Assembly (NCBI GenBank): GCA_963749655.1
Contig: CAVVOB010000029.1
Coordinates: forward strand, 25,169 to 89,168
Reading direction: 5' to 3'
Source: Nitrospirota bacterium
GTDB taxonomy: Bacteria; Nitrospirota; UBA9217
DNA length: 64,000 bases
Every line of letters starts with the position of its first letter. Within the stretch, counting starts at the first letter, position 1. The notes beneath the pieces are model-generated. The model searched no databases. It was not told where the DNA came from and saw only the letters and a program-made list of their open reading frames with translations. This document shows, in pieces, positions 8,984 to 17,970 of this stretch. A program made the translations under genes and the position numbers.

Positions 8984-9042
8984 AACTAACCAGAGTGCTC
9001 GACACCCGCGCTAAAGTCGCGGGGTTCAGCTTCGCGTTAACT
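8984..9042 (+). repeat. attC site 9
   Basis: AACTAAC ... CCCGCG-CTAAAGT-CGCGGG ... GTTAACT; R'' complements the cassette start GTTAGTT. Confidence 0.85.
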
Positions 9043-9050
9043 CTAAGAAT

Positions 9051-9401
9051 ATGAAAATATCATCTACTGAATTACAGAGGCTGGCCATAGCCGTCCATGA
9101 CGCCATAATTGAGCAGCCAACAGATCTAAGACGCCTTAGTTCATCGATGGAGGACCTTCTTTCTTTTCTAACAACGACTACAGGGCGTACTGATCAGAAC
9201 TGCCAAGAAACAGATTCATATTTCTGTTTGCACGAAGACAACGGCTTTAATTGGGGCCATCTTCCGGAAGAGTATCAATTAATCCTTGATGATATCGGAG
9301 GCCAACTGCACGATACGGTCATGAGCCCCAATATCGCCTCAAACTTTGAAAGCACCCCAGAACAACTGCTGGAGAGAGTCCGAAAACTAAAGAACAAGTA
9401 A
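9051..9401 (+). CDS. Hypothetical protein (cassette)
   Basis: ORF fills the interval between attC9 and attC10. Confidence 0.7.
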   Translation: MKISSTELQRLAIAVHDAIIEQPTDLRRLSSSMEDLLSFLTTTTGRTDQNCQETDSYFCLHEDNGFNWGHLPEEYQLILDDIGGQLHDTVMSPNIASNFESTPEQLLERVRKLKNK

Positions 9402-9462
9402 CGTTAACAACCGCGTCCACAGCGACGCGCCAGAAGGCGGCGCGTGACCCGCGTCGTTATGC
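9402..9462 (+). repeat. attC site 10
   Basis: CGTTAAC-AACCGCGTCCACAGCGACGCGCCAGAAGGCGGCGCGTGACCCGCGTC-GTTATGC. Confidence 0.92.
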
Positions 9463-9490
9463 ACCCTTCTAACCCGAGAGGCCCTAGCTA

Positions 9491-9937
9491 ATGGCAAACC
9501 AACTTTTCTTCGCATGTCTCATGCTTGCTACAGGCATAGGTATCCCTGTTATGGCGGCGCTAAGCGCAACGTTGGGCACCAAGTACGGAAGCCCAGCGTT
9601 CGCCGCCTCTGTCTTGTTTCTGGTAGCGCTGTCTATTTCGGTTGCTTTCCTTTTCGCTGTTGAGGGCGGCCTGAGGCCATTCCCGAAAACATCGCTGCCG
9701 TTCTATTTCTACTCAGGTGGTGTGTTCGTAGCCTTTTACGTCCTCAGCGTCACCTGGGTAGCCCCACAATTCGGTGTCGGAAATGCTGTGGCTTTTGTAC
9801 TTCTAGGCCAGCTCATATCCATGGCGGCCATAGATCAATTCGGGCTGTTGGGTGCTCCAACGCATGCCATCACTTTTCAGAGGTCTATCGGTCTCATTCT
9901 GATGTCGGTCGGCGTTTTTTTGGCCGTACGCCGCTGA
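9491..9937 (+). CDS. DMT family (YdcZ-like) small transporter
   Basis: Five TM segments; 'P.FGVGNA...VLLGQLIS..AIDQFGLLG' signature. Confidence 0.85.
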   Translation: MANQLFFACLMLATGIGIPVMAALSATLGTKYGSPAFAASVLFLVALSISVAFLFAVEGGLRPFPKTSLPFYFYSGGVFVAFYVLSVTWVAPQFGVGNAVAFVLLGQLISMAAIDQFGLLGAPTHAITFQRSIGLILMSVGVFLAVRR

Positions 9938-9952
9938 TAACATGCGCGGGGC

Positions 9953-9971
9953 GCATAACAATTCGTTAGTC
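9953..9971 (+). repeat. Collapsed (19-bp) attC site 11
   Basis: GCATAAC-AATTC-GTTAGTC. R'' complements the cassette start GTTATGC, but the L boxes and stem are missing. Confidence 0.7.
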
Positions 9972-10171
9972 CAGCATCGCGATGACACAGTAGCTTTCAT
10001 CCGCTCCCACTTCTCCGTTGCATGGTATGAATGTTCAGCACCACTTGTGCCTTTTTAGAGGCTGCAGAAGCATTGCTTATCGCCGCACTCCGTCCTAAAT
10101 TCAACAAAAATGCCGGGTATAAGACGCCTGCCTCTTTCTTCTCCGAATCCGCAAAGCTCGCTCTTGCATAA
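9966..10171 (+). pseudogene. 3' fragment resembling a GIY-YIG nuclease
   Basis: 'AFIRSHFSVAWYEC' then, after a frameshift at a T5 run, 'LEAAEALLIAALRPKFNK'. E..LI....P.FN is the C-terminal GIY-YIG motif; no N-terminal part is present. Confidence 0.45.
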
Positions 10172-10192
10172 ATCAGAATATCGTTGTAAAAT
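10164..10192 (+). promoter_or_regulatory. Putative sigma70 promoter of the TA pair
   Basis: TTGCAT-17 bp-TAAAAT. Confidence 0.55.
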
Positions 10193-10223
10193 CATCATAA
10201 AAAAGATGAAGGAGGCGACTTTA

Positions 10224-10454
10224 ATGCCAATGAAAGTTAAAGAAATCGAGGAAGAGGCACTTCGGCTTAGCTCGCATGAACGGGCTCTCCTTGTTGAGCA
10301 CCTAATTGGGAGCTTGGAACCCGATGAAGATCCTGAAGCTGAGCGTTCTTGGATTGAAGAAGCCGAACGCCGCTATCAGGATTACAAGGCAGGAAAAGTA
10401 AAAACTATACCGGCTGAACAGGTTTTCAAAGATGCCCGCTTGAAATTAAAATGA
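10224..10454 (+). CDS. Addiction-module antitoxin (TIGR02574-like)
   Basis: 'EALRLSSHERALLVEHLIGSL...WIEEAERRY...G.VKTIPAEQVF'; GGAGG SD; overlaps the toxin start. Confidence 0.88.
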   Translation: MPMKVKEIEEEALRLSSHERALLVEHLIGSLEPDEDPEAERSWIEEAERRYQDYKAGKVKTIPAEQVFKDARLKLK

Positions 10455-10756
10455 TGCCAGTCGACTTTCTTCCAGAGGCTGATCAGGAAATGATCGAGGC
10501 TGCTCGCTACTATCAGTCTCTGTCTTCGGGCTTAGGTGATGATTATCTCGCCGAGGTCGAACACGCTGTTCAATCCATAGCATCGTCCCCCCAAACATGG
10601 CCGGTTCTTGAAGGTAATTTGAGAAGACGGCTTATCAAAAGATTCCCCTTCGGTATTTTATACAGAATTGAGCCTGACAAAATCCTTATAATTGCTGTTG
10701 CACATCTGCGCAAGAAACCCGGATATTGGAAGAAAAGAATCAGTCAAAGTGAATAG
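10451..10756 (+). CDS. RelE/ParE-family toxin
   Basis: 'FLPEADQEM.EA..YY...GLG', 'RRRLIKRFPFGILY', 'IIAVAHLRKKPGYW'. Confidence 0.9.
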   Translation: MMPVDFLPEADQEMIEAARYYQSLSSGLGDDYLAEVEHAVQSIASSPQTWPVLEGNLRRRLIKRFPFGILYRIEPDKILIIAVAHLRKKPGYWKKRISQSE

Positions 10757-10763
10757 GCTGTCA

Positions 10764-10822
10764 TTCCAACCTGCGCGTCCACAGCGACGCGCCAGAAGGC
10801 GGCGGTCAGGCGCGCGTTAAAA
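10764..10822 (+). repeat. attC site 12 (last of the array)
   Basis: TTCCAAC-CTGCGCGTCCACAGCGACGCGCCAGAAGGCGGCG ... GCGCGC-GTTAAAA. Confidence 0.85.
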
Positions 10823-10863
10823 ACGTTTTTATCTCTTATCTTATTCCCAGACGGAGGACGAAT

Positions 10864-11274
10864 GTGCTGAAGTCTAAATTTTCCGATATCAAATTCAAGG
10901 CTGTACTTGTCGGGGCAGTCGTTGACAACGCAGGGACCCTGCTCCTCATGACGGTCCTGGCGAGCGCTCTGGTGTCGACGGGCCTTACCGAAGACGAAGT
11001 CATGGGCCGTATGAAGAGCACGAGCGGACTGCTTCTGGGGCTTATTGTCGGACTGAGCTGCACGATCACGGGCAGCTACTTCGCAGGCAGAATTGCAGGC
11101 CGGGCGCAGGTCCTTCACGGAGTGTTGGTAGCGCTGATCGGAATGACCCTTGCGCTGATCTTCCGGGAAAAAGGCTCCCCCCTATGGTTCGACATTGCAG
11201 GGTTTGTGGGCATGCTTCCTGCCGGGATTGCCGGGGGATATCTGGCGCAAAAACACCAGCCTGTCCCGAAGTGA
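10864..11274 (+). CDS. Hypothetical 4-TM membrane protein
   Basis: GGAGG SD; hydrophobic Gly-rich helices; host-like codon usage. Confidence 0.7.
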   Translation: MLKSKFSDIKFKAVLVGAVVDNAGTLLLMTVLASALVSTGLTEDEVMGRMKSTSGLLLGLIVGLSCTITGSYFAGRIAGRAQVLHGVLVALIGMTLALIFREKGSPLWFDIAGFVGMLPAGIAGGYLAQKHQPVPK

Positions 11275-11397
11275 ACGGACCCCGCGAAAGCCGTCAGGTT
11301 GTTCGCAATTATTCACTTTCCCCTCTCCATCTGGTATAATGCAGGCGCTTCCAATCCGATTTCAGCAGGAATGTCGTAATACGGCAAAAAAGGCGCA

Positions 11398-11814
11398 ATG
11401 GGGAAAATACTTCTGATTGACGATGATGCGGCATTTCTGAGACTCCTCGAAGGCTATGTCGAGGAGCGGTATCCCGAACTCGAGGTACTGACCTGCAATG
11501 ATCCTCTCAAGTGCCTCATCAAGATCACCCAGGACCTCGACCTGCTGCTTGTGGACCTGGAGATGCCGGGGCTGGACGGATCAAAGATCCTGTCCTACGC
11601 CGTGGCCAAGGGAGTGAGCAAGAACCGCATCATCATCATTTCCGGCAGGGACGCCGATTACCTCCATCAGCGGTTCCCCATGGGCAGCTGCCTCGCGGTC
11701 CTGAACAAATACGAGGGCAGACAGCGGGATGTGCTGGACATGATCTTTAGGTCCCTTCAGAAAAAGAGCTCCTACGGGGAGAACCGAGGTACTTCTCGAG
11801 GCGGTCAATCCTGA
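11398..11814 (+). CDS. Single-domain response regulator
   Basis: 'ILLIDDD', 'LVDLEMPGLDG'; upstream TTCACT-17-TATAAT (11312-11340). Confidence 0.85.
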   Translation: MGKILLIDDDAAFLRLLEGYVEERYPELEVLTCNDPLKCLIKITQDLDLLLVDLEMPGLDGSKILSYAVAKGVSKNRIIIISGRDADYLHQRFPMGSCLAVLNKYEGRQRDVLDMIFRSLQKKSSYGENRGTSRGGQS

Positions 11815-12943
11815 AATACATCAGGAGCCGTACAAAGGCCGGCGTGTGCAGCGGGTCTTCGGTCATGGCGAAAAGATGGCTTTCGCAGCCGCAGTCCGAT
11901 GAACCGAAGCCGGGAACGCTCCATTCCGCGATCTTGCCGAGCGCCGAGGCGATCGCGCACTCAAGGTCCTCGCTCGCGCGGACAGGCAGGGCTGCATGGT
12001 ACTCCCCTGCTTCCCGGAGATAATCGATATGCCAGTGAAGATTCTTGATATGCCTCTTGTGCCGCTCGATCCGTTTCGTTAGATTCACCCTCGCCGATCC
12101 GACGTAGCAATAATATCCTTTCCTGAACTTGATTTCACCGAGACCTCCGATCGAAAGCCTTCTGTCCCGCTTCAGGCGCAGGATAAAAATGTAGCTGCCG
12201 CTGTCATGGGCCTCGCGATCGACCACGTGCCAGGGAATCTCTATTGGATGGGTGCCTGCTATCGAAAGGTCCTCATTCCATTCCACGGCAACTGCCCTGA
12301 CGGAAACAACATCTTTTACCGCCCTGAGCGTCCGGGAAAATTCCAGATCACTGTGCCACTCGGGAAGGAAATATCGGGCCTCGGGCCAGTGAACAATGAA
12401 AATGACATAAGCGGAATAGGTCCCTGATTTTGCGATGTCCGCCAGTTCAAGCAGGTGCTTCGTCCCCCGCGCCGTAACAGCGTCGGGAAACATGGCAATG
12501 CTGCTGCCGACGAGGGTGCAGGACTTTACTTCGGCAATGATCCGGACGGCCGTCTTTTTCGAGAAGAAAATCAAAGCGGCTCCGGCCCATGGCTGCTTCC
12601 GGCTTGACGATCTGCCGCTCCTTCCAGTCCCGGGACCCTGCCCTCCTCGATGAGACGCCTGGCCACGAGGTTGTTGACATGGGTATGAAGCATGATAGGA
12701 CGGCCGTCATGCTCGACTGCCACGACTATAAAGTCCGTGCTGCCTTCATAGGACGGGGGATGTTGAACGAGATAGAGGATCGTGCCGGGAAAGAAGAGCT
12801 CCCAGAGCCTGCCGGGGTTGGGAAGATAGGCCCTGACCTTTCTCTCCGTCAATGCTGCATGCGACGATAAACCGGTTCGGTCTGCTTATAAAAACGCCTT
12901 TTTGAACGCCGCGAAAAAAGCTCACCGATAATCCCTGGATCAA
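11747..12943 (-). CDS. sfsA: SfsA nuclease fused to a C-terminal GIY-YIG (DUF123/Uri) domain; about 3 frameshifts
   Basis: 'RPNRF', 'LPNPGRL.EL', 'SRFDFLL', 'EVKSCTLV...FPDAVT.RG.KHL' spread over four frames, then 'GSYIFIL...YCYVGSA...RIERH...HWHIDYL...FGSSDCGC.SHL'. Confidence 0.82.
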
Positions 12944-13362
12944 TAGATCGATCCCTGCCGCGCAATGATGAAATCATGGACTTCCAGGAAGATGTTGAAC
13001 CAGACCGCATCGACAACGGTTTCTACGGCGGCCCCGACCCAAAAGGTCGTTCCACTCTGGCGGCAGTGTTTGACGCGGATGCCGAAGGCGATCTCCTTTG
13101 AGAGCGAGAGCGATGCCGAGATAACGCATTCCGCGAAGAAATCCTTCTCGAAAGGAACCGGGCTTTCGAACAGGATACCGCCGCGGCTGAAGTTGCCGAG
13201 TTCCGCGCGCATAAAGGTTCCGTTCTTTTCTACGCGAAGCTCGATATACTGACGATAAACCGTTGGAATGGTGTAACGCTCTTCCCTCCGTTTATCGTCA
13301 ACTGCACTTCTTTGGGCCGCGAAAGCGAAAAATGTACTTTCTTGTTCCTGCGCCATGCTCAT
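12940..13362 (-). CDS. PilZ-domain protein
   Basis: 'KRREERY' (RxxxR) and 'NFSRGG' (D/NxSxxG). Confidence 0.75.
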   Translation of the reverse strand: MSMAQEQESTFFAFAAQRSAVDDKRREERYTIPTVYRQYIELRVEKNGTFMRAELGNFSRGGILFESPVPFEKDFFAECVISASLSLSKEIAFGIRVKHCRQSGTTFWVGAAVETVVDAVWFNIFLEVHDFIIARQGSIY

Positions 13363-13700
13363 ACCCCGCCAGGACCGATTCCGGACCGGCCCAGACATAC
13401 AACCCCTGTCATAGTTTTCCCGCGGCGACCATGCGATATATTATACATGAATATATCGGTCGCCCGAGCATAATGCACGCATCGTTCCGCGTTCCCGAAT
13501 CCGAACTGTGGCAGAAACGGAAAGACCACGCTGCGATTACTGACACTCCTGACCGCCGTATCGCCCAGACTCAACCTGCTTTAAGATATGCTTCATGTGC
13601 CTGTCGGACGCACAGATAACAAAAAATTGCAATCAGACCCTCCGTTCCCTCATTCCAACCCCTTGTTTTTCCGCTCCAATCATGTTTGTAAAAAAATTTC

Positions 13701-13747
13701 TTGACAGAACGGTTATCCATGGTAAGATTAGGACTAAGTTAGTCCTA
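13701..13747 (+). promoter_or_regulatory. Promoter plus palindromic operator upstream of the peroxiredoxin-rrf2 genes
   Basis: TTGACA (13701)-16-TAAGAT (13723), followed by perfect palindrome TAGGACTAA-G-TTAGTCCTA (13729-13747). Confidence 0.75.
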
Positions 13748-13770
13748 TACTTTCACCTCAGGAGGTTGCA

Positions 13771-14382
13771 ATGAACGATTCAATTACTGTCCTGCGCGTG
13801 GGTCAGCAGGTTCCCGATTTCAAACTCGATACTTTCGATCCTGTCAAAGGCGACTTCAGTGAGTTCAGCCTTGCTGCGCAGAAAAGCGCAAAAAAATGGA
13901 CCATCTTATTCTTCTATCCCGCTGACTTCACATTTGTCTGCGCAACGGAATTCGCCGCCCTGGCGGATCAGTATAACCAGTTCAAGGAACTGGGAGCCGA
14001 GGTGGTGACGGTCAGCACGGACACGAAATTCGTTCATCTTGCCTGGCAGCGCGATGAAAAGATGCTCGAACAGGCGAAATATCCCATGGGCTCCGACCGC
14101 ACGGGCGAGCTTTCCCGCAGGTTCGGCGTCTATGACGAGGCCTCGGGCAACGCGCTCCGGGGCGCCTTCATCATCAGCCCCGACGGCACGCTTCTGAACG
14201 CGGAGGTCAACTTTTACAATCTCGGCCGCAATGTCGAAGAACTGCTGCGCAAGCTCAAGGCAAACGTTCATCTTGCGGCGAATCCCGTGGAAGTATGCCC
14301 TGCCCAGTGGAAGAAAGAGGGGGACAAGACCCTGAAGCCTTCCGCGAAGATCGTCGGCAAAATTTACCAGGAGTTGAAGTAA
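13771..14382 (+). CDS. ahpC: Peroxiredoxin (AhpC/Prx1)
   Basis: 'FFYPADFTFVCATE' and 'VCPAQW'. Confidence 0.92.
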   Translation: MNDSITVLRVGQQVPDFKLDTFDPVKGDFSEFSLAAQKSAKKWTILFFYPADFTFVCATEFAALADQYNQFKELGAEVVTVSTDTKFVHLAWQRDEKMLEQAKYPMGSDRTGELSRRFGVYDEASGNALRGAFIISPDGTLLNAEVNFYNLGRNVEELLRKLKANVHLAANPVEVCPAQWKKEGDKTLKPSAKIVGKIYQELK

Positions 14383-14385
14383 ATC

Positions 14386-14787
14386 ATGCTGGTGACGCGG
14401 GAAACGGATTATGCGGTCCGGTGCATCCTCTATCTGGCCGAGGATAAGGACCAGGTCTCGAACGTGACCGAGGTCTCCCGGAAGATGCATATCCCGAAAA
14501 CCTTTCTGGCAAAAATCTTTCAGCGCCTCGTGAAAGCGGGTCTGGTGGAATCGATCCGCGGCATGAACGGCGGATTCCGGCTTGCAAAGAAACCCGATGC
14601 GATCTCGCTCCTGGACATCATGGTTGCGATCCAGGGCCCTGCGTGCATCAACGTCTGCGCAGTCGACAGCAAAAAATGCAGAAGAAGCTCGATGTGCTCG
14701 GTCCACCCTGTCTGGGTGGAACTGCGGAAACAGGTGGACCAGCGGCTGCAGCAGCAGACGATCGCCCAGTTGATCGCCGGAAAATGA
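14386..14787 (+). CDS. Rrf2-family transcriptional regulator (Cys-containing)
   Basis: 'TRETDYAVR', 'S.RGMNGGFRLAK', C-x6-C-x5-C. Confidence 0.92.
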   Translation: MLVTRETDYAVRCILYLAEDKDQVSNVTEVSRKMHIPKTFLAKIFQRLVKAGLVESIRGMNGGFRLAKKPDAISLLDIMVAIQGPACINVCAVDSKKCRRSSMCSVHPVWVELRKQVDQRLQQQTIAQLIAGK

Positions 14788-14814
14788 CCAGACTTTCCTT
14801 TTTTTCAGCAAGTA

Positions 14815-14833
14815 TAGGACTAAGATAGTCCTG
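14815..14833. promoter_or_regulatory. Second copy of the operator, upstream of cydA
   Basis: TAGGACTAAGATAGTCCTG, 17/19 identical to 13729-13747. Confidence 0.75.
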
Positions 14834-14870
14834 TTCTTAGATGCCAAGCACCGACCAAGGAGGAATGATT

Positions 14871-16221
14871 ATGGATGTCGTAGCATTAAGCAGGCTGCAG
14901 TTCGCGCTCACGAGCATGTTTCACTGGATCTTTGTGCCGCTCACCCTGGGGCTCTCCCTCATGACGGCGTACATGGAAACACGGTACGTCAAGACCGGCG
15001 ACGAGATGTACCTCAGGATGACGAAATTCTGGGGCAAGCTGTTTCTGATCAACTTCGCCCTCGGCGTGGTGACGGGCATCACCATGGAGTTCCAGTTCGG
15101 CATGAACTGGGCTGAGTATTCCAAATATGTGGGGGACATTTTCGGGGCGCCCCTGGCCATCGAAGCGACGATGGCGTTCTTCCTCGAATCGGTCTTCATC
15201 GGCGTCTGGATCTTCGGCTGGAACAAGATCTCGAAGAAGGCCCATGCCACGTCCATCTGGCTCGTTTCCCTCGCAACCAATCTGTCCGCGCTCTGGATCC
15301 TGCTGGCGAACGGCTGGATGCAGCACCCCGTCGGCTACGTGCTCCGCAACAACCGCGCCGAGATGGTCGACTTCGGGGCGCTGCTCACCAACCCCTACGG
15401 CTGGCTCAAGTTCGGCCACACCCTCACCTCGGGGTACGTGGTTGCCGCCTTCTTTGTCATGGGCGTGTCCGCGTACCACCTTCTGAAAAAGAACCAGTCC
15501 GAATTCTTCCAGCGGTCGTTCAAGATCGCCGCGGTCTTCGGGCTGGCATCCACCCTCGCCGTGGCCGTGATCGGCGATTTCCATGCCGTCGAGGTCGCCA
15601 GAACACAGCCCACGAAATTCGCCGCCATGGAGTCGCTCTGGGACACGCAGAAGAATGTAGGATACAATCTTTTCATCATCCCCGACACCGATAAGGAATG
15701 CAACGTGCTCGAGGGCCCCTGCATGCCGAATCTGCTGAGCTACCTCGCCTTCCATACCGCCGACGCCGAGATCAAGGGCCTGAAGGCCTTTCCGCAAGGA
15801 AGATCGCCCGCCGGTACAGCCCACGTTCTGGAGCTTCCGGATCATGCTCACGCTCGGCTTTATCATGCTCTTTCTGACGATCATGGCGGTCATCTACGCA
15901 AAACGCGGGACCCTCGAAATGCATCCGCTATTCCTGACGATCATGCTCTTCTCCATCCCCCTGCCCTATATTGCCGGCCAGCTCGGCTGGATCGTGGCGG
16001 AGGTGGGCAGGCAGCCCTGGATCGTCTACGGGGTCCTGAAGACCACCCATGCCGTATCGCAGTCCATCAGCACGCTGCAGGTGTACGCCTCTCTGCTCGG
16101 ATTCACCCTGCTCTACGGCGGGCTCGGCGCGGTCGATATCTATCTCCTGTCCAAGTTCGCGAAAAAGGGGCCTGATAACGACACCTCGGGACTGTTCAAA
16201 CCGGCAAAGGAGGAAGCATAA
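14871..16221 (+). CDS. cydA: Cytochrome bd oxidase subunit I (frameshift ~15795)
   Basis: 'SRLQFALT..FH', 'GITMEFQFG.NW', 'QPTKFAAME', 'GWIVAEVGRQPW'. Confidence 0.92.
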
Positions 16222-16222
16222 C

Positions 16223-17255
16223 ATGGAATTCCAAGTCACGTGGTTCGTACTCTGGGCGGTCCTGTGGGCCGTCTACTTCATGCTCGACGGCTTCGTGCTC
16301 GGCACGGGCATGCTGCACCACTATCTGGGCCGGAACGACCAGGACCGGAAGATCCTGATCAGGTCCGTAGGTCCGGTCTGGGACGGCAATGAGGTCTGGC
16401 TCCTGACCGCGGGCGGCGCCACCTTTGCGGCCTTTCCGACAACCTATGCGCTCATGTTCAGCTACCTGTACTCGGCCCTGCTCCTGCTCCTGTTCGCGCT
16501 CATCATCCGCGGGGTGTCCCTCGAGTTCCGGGGCAAGATCGGACAGCCCGGGCTGGAAAAAGGGCTGGGATATGGGCATCTTCATCGGAAGCGCCCTTCC
16601 GGCGCTTCTCCTGGGCGTCGCCTTCGGCAACATCTTCAGCGGTCTTCCCATGGACGCGGCCGGATATCACGGCTCGCTCCTTTCGCTGCTGAATCCCTAC
16701 GGCCTGCTGACCGGCGTTCTGTTCGTACTGCTGTTCCTGACCCACGGCAGCCTCTACGTCTGCGTCAAGACCGAGGGGCATCTGTGCGATACGATCCACG
16801 GCCCTGGCCGGCAAGCTCTGGTTCGCCGAGCTGGCCGTTGCCGTCCTGTTCCTCGTGGCCACGGCTTTTTCGACAAAGCTCTATGACAACTACATGAGCA
16901 CTCCGCCGCTCCTGGTCGTGCCTTTTCTGGCGGTTGCGGCCCTGCTCGGGATCAAGATTTTCCTTGCTCAGGGAAATTCCCTGATGGCCTTTGCTGTCGT
17001 CGTGCCTGACCATCGTCATGGTCGTGTTCACCGGCGTGATCGGGCCTCTTCCCGAACCTGATCCCGTCGAGCATCGACGCGGCCTACAGCCTCACGATCT
17101 TCAATTCTTCTTCCAGCACCTACACCCTGAAGATCATGACCGTCGTGGCGCTCGTCTTCGTTCCGATCGTGATCGGCTACAAGATCTGGGTCTATCGCCT
17201 GTTCCGCTCCACGGTGACCGGCAGCTCCGTCGCGGACAGCGAACAGATGTATTGA
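16223..17255 (+). CDS. cydB: Cytochrome bd oxidase subunit II (about 4 frameshifts)
   Basis: 'YFMLDGF.LG', 'GPVWDGNEVWL...GGATFAAFP'; pieces continue through successive frames to a TGA ending at 17255. Confidence 0.88.
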
Positions 17256-17525
17256 CCGACAAAACAACAAGGTTATTTCGTGAAAGCCTGAGCACCGCGG
17301 TGAAATGATTTCCCAACGGCCCGAGCACCACGGATTTACTCATCCATCACCTACGAGCACCGTTGCATTCACGGAGTAAAAGTTCGGCGGCCCGGCGGAG
17401 AGCCCCCTCCCTGCCGGGCCGTTCGAACGTTTATAGAACAGAAGCTCGGAACATCAAAGCCGGCGGACCGGTTTTCACGACGAAGGACCGGCGGTATCCG
17501 GAAATAAAGGGGCTTGAAAGAAATC

Positions 17526-17930
17526 ATGGCAATAGAGTGGACCGAGGATCTGGCAACGGGAATTACCGAAATCGACGATCAGCACAAGGAACTATTCAGT
17601 CGTGTAAACCTGCTTTTCAACGCCTGCAATCAGGGCAAGGGAAGGCTGGAGATCGGAAGGACCATCACCTTTCTTGAAGACTACGTCGTCACGCACTTCA
17701 GCACAGAAGAAAAAAATATGATAAAGAGCCAATACCCCGGATACGCTTCCCACCGGGCTCAACACGCTGTTTTCAAGAACAGCCTGAAAGACATCAAGCG
17801 CCAACTTGACGCCGAGGGCCCGGGTATTCACATAATCATCCTTACAAACCAGATGGTCATTGACTGGCTCAGAAACCATATTCTCACTCTGGATCGCGCA
17901 TTGGGTGATTACTTGAAGAATTGGGCTTGA
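17526..17930 (+). CDS. Bacteriohemerythrin
   Basis: 'W..DL.TGI.EIDDQHKELF', 'HFSTEE', 'H.AQH', 'WLRNHI..LD'. Confidence 0.92.
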   Translation: MAIEWTEDLATGITEIDDQHKELFSRVNLLFNACNQGKGRLEIGRTITFLEDYVVTHFSTEEKNMIKSQYPGYASHRAQHAVFKNSLKDIKRQLDAEGPGIHIIILTNQMVIDWLRNHILTLDRALGDYLKNWA

Positions 17931-17970
17931 TATTTCGCCCCATTCCGTCAATCAACAGGCTGCTCTTACC

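Larger units (their letters stand above)
1..10822 (+). mobile_element. Integron gene-cassette array (distal end; integrase not in window)
   Basis: 12 attC-like sites (RYYYAAC...GTTRRRY flanking an imperfect palindrome) separate mostly single, AT-richer ORFs. R'' boxes often complement the GTT start of their own cassette, e.g. GTTATCGTC at 422 and GACGATAAC at 587. Confidence 0.93.

Noticed and set aside
371-10822. Recurring ~60-bp palindromic repeats read as a CRISPR array
   Set aside because: Spacing is gene-sized and irregular, the repeats have attC R''/R' boxes, and there are no cas genes.
1-11300. Integron integrase or attI
   Set aside because: No tyrosine recombinase ORF is in the window; if present it lies to the left.
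11271-11310. Possible 13th attC after the 10864-11274 gene
   Set aside because: Only a weak hairpin, with no proper R''/R' pairing or family core.
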